Source: Tubulanus polymorphus
Lineage: Eukaryota; Animalia; Nemertea
Length of the DNA stretch: 64,000 nt
Direction: 5' to 3'
Assembly (NCBI RefSeq): GCF_964204645.1
Contig: NC_134032.1
Location: forward strand, 10,652,275 to 10,716,274
The notes under the pieces were generated by a model. It searched no databases, had not been told where the DNA came from, and worked only from the letters and a program-made list of their open reading frames with translations. The position numbers and the translations under genes were made by a program. This document shows positions 41,533-53,500 of this stretch, in pieces. How positions within the stretch are numbered: position 1 is the first letter of the stretch; each line of letters opens with the position of its first letter.

Positions 41533-44500
41533 TTACACGACGAACACGCCGATCAACAAGCTAATCATCACTGTGCTGCCACCAGCAGCCACCTTGCCAA
41601 CTAAAATGGAAAGAATATGTATAAATCAGTTTCTAAACAATATACCGTACGTACCGTTTGGTGGAAAATTACGCACGTAGCAATTTAGCCAGCAAAACCT
41701 TCAAAGTTTCGTTACAACGTGCAAATTCACACGTTAAAACAACGTACAAATTACTCGTAGTGGAATGGCGCCAACTACAACCGCGGCCATCCATATTCTA
41801 TAAATGGCGGCGCGTAGTCAGGTTATTAAACAAAGCCCGCATGCGATATGCCAGTAGATAAATTCGCACGCTTATATATAGCTAATGATTCGAAACGAAC
41901 ATTTGATAAATAATGTACAAACCTCAGCATTTATCCGCAATTCGTCCTGTAAAATCAATTTTCAACAAATTACATATTTTCGCCCATCTTATTCCAATTA
42001 AACCCATCGTGATGAAATAACGGCCGTAGTATCTTAAATGGCAAGATACGAGACCACGCAAAAATCAGCTTGTTTCCCATCAGTTTCATTTTCACGTGCG
42101 TCACTTAAAAGTGAAGATATAAACGCGCAACCCCGCACGCCAGAAATCTGTTCTCGTTTCCTCTTTGTTCAAGTACAACACTCTCGAGCGCATCCCGAAA
42201 AACAAACATGATCGTTGTTTTTCACGTTTTCTCTCGCGGTCGCTACTTTTGAATTGGTACTGTGGCAGGTGAGAATTTCGGCAACGAAGTGCTTTGGCTA
42301 TCCTGATTCGAGGTCGTTGACGCCTATATCCACATTTGAAAAATAAAAGATAGTCGCCCTTCGTCACTTTTGGAATTTAGAATGAGGCTTTTTATATTAT
42401 TATTTTTTTAATAAGGTAAAAGCAAAAACCTGTCTCCATCGTCACCTTTCTAAAAATGAGTGATGAGAAACAAGGATAATTTTTGCGTGGGCTTAGATGA
42501 AGAATGATGAATACAATGGTTTATGAGTAAAACTGTAAATTTTCTACTTACCCGAAAGGTACGCAGTGTTTGGGCATCCTTTCGCAAATTGCGAAATACC
42601 AGAGGAGATGCCATTCTTAATTTGTTCGATGTTTGTATCTTTCGGTACGGTTATTCCCAACACGGAAACGATACCGTTGAACAAACGGCAGCTACCTTTC
42701 TTCGCCGACAGAGTACACGGTATTATGTTCCCGATAAAAGGCGAGCGTCCTCTGAAAATTGAAAACAAAAGCATAAGCCCTAATTTCACCGTAGACTCTG
42801 AACACCACGCAATCTAAAGCATCGCACACACAGCGGAACACAAATTCAAACATGTTCTCTCGATATTTTTTGGCTGTGTGCGCGGTGCTCCTGAAACTAA
42901 CGATGTTGGTTTCGCGAAAAAAGAAACGTCATTTCAGGAAACGAAGTTTTTTCCCGAAACAATGTTTCTTGATTCGGGGTACCACGCACATAGTCGTTAA
43001 ACATGTGAAAAAGTTTCTTTTTCGTGTTTATATCGTGCTAGGCATCCAGTCCTCGTTGGCTTAAGAAGCCTTTTAGTCAATGTACCCACAGCCCTACTGT
43101 GGCAATAGAGGATTCTACTTATGGCAGGCGAGGATCCGAGGTGTCGCTAGTAGATAGTTGGACTTCAGCATTCTATTTTGTCTATTTCAATAAAAATTTA
43201 ATGAATTTTCTCTAAAATGAATCAATTATTCATGAAAACTTTACCGATATATTGAGCAGAAGAGAAAATTCATTTTATATTCGGTAGGTCCTGTGATGAT
43301 ACATGGATTCGGGAGTCTAGAAATTCAGTTCACAGTTCATTAAAAACTTCATTTCATGAACTAATCTTGACAGCGGAAGATTACGATTACGATTACGATT
43401 ACGATTTATTTACACTCCAACCATTTCCATGGTATATGGAGGAAAACTATTACACATGTATATATACACATATTTACAAAACAACACTGAAGTGATTAAA
43501 ATTTAGAGAATGAAAACGTAACAAAATATATATACATCAATAATTTACAATACTATATATACTATTGGAGGGATCTATATACATCTAAGCCGGTCTTAAT
43601 GAATTTGGCTAAGTTGACCGTTGGGTTTTTCAGAATATCAAGGAAGACCTACTGCTCGTCACGCCACCTGGTGGGATAGCTGGTGTTGTGGGTTCCCCCC
43701 ATTTTATTTCCTAGAAGGCAATCCACCCTTGGGGCGCTATTCAGCTGATCAAGGATCGCGTTTGATCCTGCATGCTTCATCTCTCTTGCTACGACCAACA
43801 TTTTTACTCACAGCTGTCTCATTACTGGGCACATCGTCGATGTAAGAGCTCGAGCGACCGAATCCTTTTGTTCTAGCGAGGTCGCTGTAGTCAAACGTTC
43901 TACCAATTGGACCAATTCGGGCATAACCTTCGCTAGTGCGTGCACCAGGTTATAAATATCATCGGGACCAGAGCTCTGAGGCAAAGCGCACTTCATTATT
44001 TTCGCGATTTCGTTTGCGAAACACATATCAAAATCTAAAATAGAGAATTCGATTGCAGAAGTTCATAAATTTTATTGAGAACGTATTTCTAGCTAGGGAA
44101 GTTCAATTCACATGTAATACCAGCGTCAGATCTCATTTCTAAGAAACGTTATTTTGTAATATGGGACTTATTTTGTTACCGCTGATGAAAAACTTTTTTG
44201 GGTGGAATACAAGTAACTATGGATCGAAATCACTATTTGATAACTGGTGTCTTCCTATTTTGCCCCATTCAATTTCACCCCAATCCATTGCCATTTGAAG
44301 GGGTGGATAAACCTTGGTAACTTACTGAGGTCCGAATTGCTGCACATATTGTTCGTTACCATTGAGTTGAAATTGAAAGTAGATGAAATCAGTTGACACT
44401 GACCACTGTTCATTTGTTTCATACACAAGTCAACCGCATCGTATATCGGTTTCATTTTTGCAGCCCTACATTAATAACGCTAAAACTTAGGCTCTGCATT

Positions 44501-47500
44501 TTCAAATATCAAATTATGCCATACCGATAAGTTATGCAGAAATATCTGAATGGGATAGTAATTCAATTTCTATAACGCCCATTTCACTGTGAAACATTAT
44601 ATTCAACGGCAATCAATTTTCAATTGGTAATATTACCCCCAGCCTGATAGTGAATTAAGCAGCAGGCATACAATCCTACTTAACTACCATCCCCCGGCAG
44701 GGATTCGAACCTGATTGGCATCGAGACTGCAACCAACAACACGAGACCCTGGCACTTAAGCCCGAGTGCGCATGTACAGCTCATACGATGTCACTATGAG
44801 CCAATCAGAAGTCGAGTTTTATTTCAGCCCGGGTTTTTACATCTACAGTTTTGCCGTGAAATTTGCCTCAGCCATTAGACAACGAGCAAACTGATTGGTG
44901 GCGCAAGTTAATGGGCGGCAAACCTGCGCATCTACATACGTGCGCCCCGGTCTAGCGTGGCAAGTTTCTCTCCGTGGCCGAGTCTAGTATGCCATCAGTT
45001 TCGAATCCATGTCGATGAGGGATGCAAAACTACTCAGGTGAGCCGCAGAATGAAAAAAAAAGAACCAAAACGTACTTGTTACAGAAAACCCCTTGGCTTG
45101 AACTCGGGTCTTTGATCATATTCCCGGCGACGCACGCAATGGTGTTCAGATTGGTCCCACTCATTACAGAAGTTGCCAAACACGACATCATTTTCATGCT
45201 TCCTTTCATTGCACAATTCGGATCTTGCACTAATTGATGAACTGAAAACATTTCCGGTAATCAATTTATTTCAATCTATTCTTAAATTCCGTGGAAATGA
45301 ACAATAAAATGACGAATTCCAAGTTGTTAATGCTCTTTCTCAACAATGGGGAACCCGAAACGCCGGCTATCCCACCAGGCGCGACGTCAAAATTATTTCA
45401 TTTTCAATTAACTTTGAACTGGAATTTTAGACTCACTAACCCATATATCATCACAGCACCCACCAACCATACAATACTTTCATTCTTCTACTGATATATA
45501 TCGGTATAGGTTTCATTGATAATTGATACATTTTAAGAGAAAAGTTCATTCAGTTTTGATCGAAATATAGAAGAAAATCGAACGCGGAAGACCCACTATC
45601 TACTAGCGACACCTGTTGGATCCTCGCCTGCCATACGGCAAAAGGTTGAAAGCCTGTTTTGGTCGATGGCGAGTGACGTCACTAGTACAAATTCCGAGCG
45701 GTTCGAATCCCACAATACGCCAAAATCACTACGGCCGCTCTGAGCGCACATCGCATTTCAACGTTGCCGTTTAATAATTGTAAAATAACTAATAATAGTT
45801 TAAGTTTTATAAGGGTTAGAAGTACATTGTATTTACTGCTAGTGTATGTATATATCATGTACGGTTGCGAGAAATCCCTGCCCTAGTTAAACAGTAAGTC
45901 CACTAAATCTTTAAATTTTAAGTTGTTTAATGAAACTATTATTGTTTTAAATTGTTAAAACTGCAAACTATGGTTGTCGAAGATGCACCTTCTTCACATC
46001 CTTTGAAATCCTGGATAGCATCGCTGTCGGCAAAGACCTTCAGGTCTGTCTTCAACGGCACATCGCTTTGGAACAAGCGACTACTGTGTTATCAAATCTG
46101 AACTAGGTAAAAAAATGTTCCCCAAAAATAAAGACAAGTAAACGGATTAATTTAAGGTTTGAATGTTTTTGTTTATTTGTTGGTTCAAATCGAACCCTCG
46201 TCATCCTGATCTCCATAAATCTAAGAAAAGTATTCGCACACTTAAAACAATAAAATACGAGCAATAAGCAATAACATCAGACTGGAGTAAGTAACTTTAC
46301 TTAATTCACAGATACAATCCTACACAAAACAATAGCTATTCAGTGGCGGATCCACCCCTCTATTTTTACCGATGTAGCCGCAAATCTATGCGTTACTGAG
46401 TAAAAACCGAATGAAATCTTTCTATTAAGTAATGCTCAGAATGCACCTGCTTGCATCTATTTTTCCAAAAAATTTTTAGGAAGGGTCTTCGCGTTATCGG
46501 TGCTTGCTCTGGAATGGCTTACAGCCATCTGTTGTTGCTTTCATTTGCCCCCCCCCCTTCAAAATGCTGGATCCGCCCCTGAGTGCAGACAAAATGATCG
46601 ACAAAGACATACAGAACTCTAAAACAACAGTTAACAATTTAAGCAACGATAGACAAAACAGATAGCTGATTACTTTACAAACCTGTTGTCAGAACCTTAA
46701 TTATTTTTACATGATATACAGAGGACTGTTAACAATTCAACCAATGAAATTGCGATAGAGATACAGAACATACAGCTTTAACAGTAAACAATGCAACCAA
46801 TGAAATTGCGATAGAGATACAGAACATACAGCTTTAACAGTAAACCATGCAACCAATGAATTGCGATTAACTAAGACCTACGAGCAATTATCAAGTTTGA
46901 TAATTGCTCGTAGCTAAGACATACAGGACAAACAGGACTAACTTAATTGCGATAGACATACAGGACATACAGGATTAACAGTAGACAATTCAACCAACGA
47001 ATTGCGATTAACTAAGACATACAGGACTAAACCACAGGACATACAGGACTAACAGTAGACAATTCAACAACCAATGAATTGCGATTAACTAAGACATACA
47101 GGACATACAGGACTAACTTAATTGCGATAGACATACAGGACTAACAGTAAACAATGCAACCAATGAATTGCGATCGCGATCACAAAGACATACAGGACAA
47201 AACCACAGGACATACAGGACTAACAGTAGACAATTCATTAACCAATGAATTGCGATTATTTAAGAAATACAGGACTAACTTAATTGCGATAGACATACAG
47301 GACATACAGGATTAACAGTAGACAATTCAACCAACGAATTGCGATTAACTAAGACATACAGGACTAAACCACAGGACATACAGGACTAACAGTAGACAAT
47401 TCAACAACCAATGAATTGCGATTAACTAAGACATACAGGACATACAGGACTAACTTAATTGCGATAGACATACAGGACTAACAGTAAACAATGCAACCAA

Positions 47501-50500
47501 TGAATTGCGATCGCGATCACAAAGACATACAGGACAAACAGGAATAAACCACAGTAAATTGCGATAAAAAAGACATACAGGACTAACTGCAGTAAATATA
47601 TAGGGCCTTAGGAATGCAAAATTCATTCATTTTGTCATTTGTAAACATTCCACAACTTATTTCATTATGTCATTTCCAGTTTTCAAAGGGAATTTTCTTA
47701 ACTTCAGATGCCTCGAGGACATAAACATATAGAAAGATCTGTCCCAAAAAAATGTCAAGTGTCTTTCATAGTGCAATGGGCCCTGGTTTCCACGTTTATA
47801 TATCACATATAAAATTCTACAGAAACAATCAATGAATAAGTGAAAATTTACGAATAACAAACAAGACATTCAAGCAGTTGAGTAAGTTAAAATGGGACCA
47901 ATCTATATATATTATATATGGATTATACAATTTAATCAGGGACAGCCTTGAACCGAGGTTGATGTGTCCATACACTCTCTTCATACACTCTCTGAACATG
48001 CATGTATGTATACTGCTGCCAATTGATGATAAGTCAAGGATGTTGAAGTTCTAGACATGGTCAGAATCATCCAGAGACATCGGCACGCATCACAATAACT
48101 GATGATTTTGCAGTAACCTGTAACATAAAAAATCAAGCGGTAATCTATTCACAAAATATATTTTCCTGAAAGAAAAAACCTGAAATAGAGCACTATAAAC
48201 ACCAGTGCATATACATCGCTTCTTAACCTTATATATAATCGAGTAAATATATAGGTGACTAAGTGACGGTCATTATAGGCTTCTACGTTCACCATGGGAA
48301 ATGAAAATATTTCTAACGTCAGGGATTCATTCGAAACCCGATCAATAATATTCTATACAAACTATTTAGGAAATCGGGTCACAATGAAAACAAAACCACC
48401 TGATATGTTCAGGAGGAGCCTCATTGATTGGAGCACATTTCCAATGATACCATCTATGGCAATTATCACATTCAATTGAGAATGTGGACTTTTTCTTAGG
48501 ATTAGCATTGCAGTTTTTGTGGCAGACAGGGCAGGTTTCAGCAACTAACCGAGAAGGGGTTTTTTCAACTTTTGATGACAAAAGATTATCTAGTTTCAAT
48601 TTTGCTAGGTTTTGGAGGCCTGCATTTCCAGGTTGATCTATAAGAATTTCTAATTCTTTTTCAGAATTGGAATTATTGATTTCTGTAATAGGAGAACTGT
48701 TGAGATAATCATCTCTATTATTATAATCGATTACAATAGATTTTTTCTTATGATGATTATGTTCAATACGAATGTGCTTTTGAAGGAATGTTTCACTTGC
48801 ATATGAATTAATAACCCCATCTGCCCAACAAATAGCACATGAGATAGGTTTCAAAGATGAATGAGAAGTGGATATGTGCCTATCTAGTTCCCTGCGACAT
48901 GAACAAAGATATGGAGGATTTATTTTGTCTTTAATACAAAAGGAACAGACAATACTTTTTTCAAATAAAACAGACTTCGAGTCATTTTTAACAACTGGTA
49001 TTGACTTAATATCTTTTGGTTTGGTATCTTTTGATTTTTTTGGTAAGGATGATTTATTCTGACTTAAAATATCTGCTGAAAATTCGATATCATTGCCAGG
49101 ATCTGGATCAGTGGAGTCTATGGTTTCAATTTCTGATATTTTAGCTTTTTTACCTAGTTTGATAGCAGCATTTTCAACCATAGCAGAAAAGGATACACCT
49201 CTGTTAGCAGGTCTAATTATCTTTCGCCCTCCGTGTCTTGCATTCTCAGCATCTTTAGGCATTGTAACCTTAGGACAGTAAGGGTCTATCACTTCAAGTT
49301 CAGGAAGGTTTATGGCAACCTGATTGTCCTTGATTGGACCCTCAGCACGCCTATGAGCCATATTGTGAGGTTGTCGTTTGGCAGGTCGTCCGCTTATTAA
49401 CTTAATTCCACAGTGGCTTTCATTATGTAAAATACTTAGAATGTGCCCTTTCCGAGCAGCATTGATATCATTCGAGCTAGCAATGTGGGAATGATCTTTT
49501 AACTTATCAATGAGGGTAGATGAAACAGAAATATTTTGTCGAGTAAAATTGTAAGTTGGCAGAGGCTCCACAATGTGGAATTTATATGCATCAATTAAAG
49601 CCTTCGTTGTGGTTATATTGTTTTTTTGGGCAAAACAGGCAAAAAGATGTTTGCAAAAATATGGTTGTCCAATCATTATAAAAGCTTCACAAGTACATAT
49701 ACCTAGTTTCAAATTGATTAAATGGCAATTACCATCTACGTATGAAAGACAATTTTCAGGAACGATTGTAATAACGTAATTGAATAAGATACGACTGGAT
49801 ATTGAATCTAAATTTCCTATGTACCTTCGGCATTTTTTTGAAATGTCATATGAATGTTCCTCGGATATTGATACTTTATCGGGGAATCTTTCTTCTAAAA
49901 CATCAAGCTGATTGAATGTATATTGAGTATCACCATTGAAAAAATTATCATTATCTTCTAACCTATTTAAGTTCTTTCGTGAAGAACTCTTCACAACAAA
50001 CCAATTAGTTTCTTCATCATATTTTAAAATCTCATTATTCTGTAATAAATCAAAGGCTCTTTTGCAACACTTTTCTATCTTTTCAAGGTGACGTATATTC
50101 TTAACTCGTTGGTCAAGTTGCTTAAATTGGAGATTGTTCATATTTGTCGCTTTGATCTCATCATTAAAAACATTTTCAAACAGTAATCGTACAAAAGATG
50201 ATATCAGTTTATTTAGGTGTCCACTTAAGTAGACATCATCTATTTGTTTGAATTTGCGCTCAGTAATATTATCAGTTAATAGCAAAGGGTTATTTCTGTT
50301 AGATTGGTCTGACTGATAAATTGATTCAGCATTGAATGCATCAGACCAAATTTGGGAATTAAACCAATTCTTCTTTAGGTAATCAATAAATAATGTTTTT
50401 GTATCTTGCGACATAAGGTCTAAAGAAATATCATTCTCAATAAAACTAATAAATGAATTGGCTATATCAGTTCTAGAGGAAGCATCCCATGATCTCATAA

Positions 50501-53500
50501 TGCATTTGAAACCAGTTTCTAGAGGCTTGCAAAATAAGCGAAGTTCTTGATTTTCATTCATGAAGCGACGAATACACTGCAGGACATGAAAATTACATAG
50601 TACTGATTTAAGATTATTGTCAGATGCTCCTTGCTTTAGACTTGCATCTTTATCATGTTGTACAAAAGGACAAAATCTAGATGTTGATGAACATGGCTTG
50701 ATTCTGAAAAAACCATTGCCATCATTAAATATATAGAATTCAGATGGATGATTACATTTTTCGTCTTTACATGGTGTATTGGCTAGAACTAACTGGATGG
50801 TAGTTGCATGAGTAGCCCCCCCTTCATCACTACTAATTGATGCAGCAGCAATACGTCCTTCATTTTTGTTGTCTGCAAAAGTTACAAATGAAGTTTTGAA
50901 TTTCCACGAATTGAAATCATGTTTCACGTCAATACCAATGACAGATTGTCCAAAGTTGGATAAATGTTCCAGAGAACGAGGATCAGAGAGAATAATGTGA
51001 TAATTACGTTTGAGTGTGGCATCCCCTCGTTGAAATAAAAGGACAGATTCATAGTTACCCTCTAATAATTTTTCAGTATTTCTCCAATCAGAACTTAGAA
51101 TAGGTATTTCGTCTTGAGATTTCATATGTAATTTTATCGAAGATTTATCAATATATTTCAATCTATTTGAAATTTGATCTAGGGTATGGTCATGACCGGC
51201 GCCATCATTTACATTTGATACATGAAGGTTATTGTGAGCATTGGTGGCAGAAAGAACCTTCATTGCTGTGGCTTTCATCATGACTCTATTTTCATCCCAT
51301 CTATCTCTAGTAGATAAATTAGGTCGCTTTTTAATTTGTAAAGGAATATTGTCATGATATTGACCATTAAGTGGTTTGCTGAAGATTCTCCACTTGGATA
51401 AATCAGTACTAAATAATACAAGTTTTGTTGCCCAATAACACATAAAATGAGGGTGAATTAATTTTTTTGGCTCAAACTGCTGCCTTAACTTCACAGGACG
51501 ATCACGTTTATTCTTCAGCTTATAGTTGTAACAGTTGGAACAAAGTGTTTCACCATCAGCATTTTTCCTCCATTTGTTAGACATGGTAATGGAGCAATGA
51601 ATACATTGTTTATCATTTAAAACAACGTCAATTTGACATGAGGGACAATTAGTGATGTTACTGGACATATTCAACTTTGAAAGATAATATCCACATGATG
51701 ATTTACAAACTGAAGACTTTGACGAACATTTTATGAGCATTTCTGCAGCCACAAATTGAGAAGTATCCTCAACAATTGGCTCAATAAATTCAAATTTATT
51801 ATCTAATCTATGGGTTTGCCAATTCTTTTTTAATGTTAAGGAAGCTTTCATCGTTGTCTGGTTACCAACAAATGAAGGCCGCACATTCTTATGCAGACGA
51901 ACTGTTTTTGTAAAATCAAAAGTGAATCTATCGAAATAATTTTTTGTGTCAGCACCAGTCATTACTTCCCCATTTTCAACCCATTCATCACTAAGTGGAT
52001 TCTGGTTGTTGAGGTATTTCTTGATAGTGTCAATGGCTACCTGGTCATTTGTACCTTGGTCTGTACAATGAAAACTTTTATACTTCGTCTTACTGCCAGT
52101 TGAATGAAAAGCAACTTCAAGATAATGCTTTCCTCTCCTGATGCGATGGGAGATAGTAGTTTTAGAACCATTAATATGGGAAGTTAATGGTTCAGCTGAA
52201 TTTAGAGTTAATGAGGATTGAGGATTCAAAATTGAGGATGTAGATTCAGGTGTAGATTCATTATTCGAAATTGGTGTAGATTCAGGTGTAGATTTAATAG
52301 TCAAAATTGGTGCAGATTCACTATTCGAAATTGGTGTAGATTCATTAGTCAAAATTGGTGCAGATTCACTATTCGAAATTGGTGTTGATTCAGGTGTTGA
52401 TTCATTAGTCAAAATTGGTGCAGATTCACTATTCGAAATTGGTGTTGATTCATTAGTCAAAATTGCTGCAGATTCATAATTCGAAATTGGTGTAGATTCA
52501 AGTGTTGATTCATTATTCAAAATTGGTGTAGATTTAGATTTGGCTGTAGTTAAGACTGATTTGCTTTTTTTAGGGGCAATATAAGAGTCTGACATCTTTA
52601 ATTCAGAACTAGCTAGTGTATTATTTGACTCAGTTGATCGTTTATGTCTCTGTCTGCGAGATAATCGTGATATCTTAGAGAAAGTAGTACTATTAGCAGT
52701 AGGTTGAGATGACTTTGAGAAGAGTTGAGTAATATCAATTAGATGTTTCATAAGCCAATTAATCAATATCAATCTAACAAAATCAGAATAGTTAGAAATG
52801 TTCTTAAGATAAGATAATTCATTGGGAGATGAAAATACACTTGAAATATCCTTTTCATAATAGGTTGCAATGCAAGCACCAATTAATGTAGCAGGGCCAC
52901 AGACAGATGAACATGATTGGAGTGGGTAATAACTAGTACAATTATTACTACATACATGCACTGAATTTTCAGTAACAAAATGAGGATCATGGAGGTGGAT
53001 ATAAACAGGATCAGGGCAATTCAAACCTTTCAAAACAGATCTTAAATGATTTTTAAATTCCCTTGGACAATCCCATGCTAGTGTATCAGCATAACACAGT
53101 TTGTTACTTTTTGGGTAAAAAACTGCTAGTGCATAATGATTGGCAACAACATGTCCATAAGAATTTAGAAATACGAAATCGTTTTGGGTGCCAACATGCA
53201 GGAAAAAAATTAGTTTATCACAACTTATGAGTGGATTAGGACCGAATCTTTTATATAAATTTGAAACATATTTCTTAGCATCAAATGTAAGTGGCATCAT
53301 AAATGCATGAATATTACAGTACTGTTCATTTATCATAGATGCAAAAGCATTTAACACAGATCCTTCAAACCATTTTTGATTAGTCATCGTCTGAAGTTCT
53401 GATACAGATACGCTATTATTATTACCAACTGGAAATTGTTGAGAGGGTTTTAAGGAAAAGAGCATATTTGAAAATGCTTGAATCTGTTCCCAATCGACTG

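Noticed and set aside
47930-48120. Second gene in the MULE 3' region (acceptor-like sites at ~48118 and ~46078, - strand)
   Set aside because: All frames close quickly and show no motif; more likely 3' UTR or non-coding.
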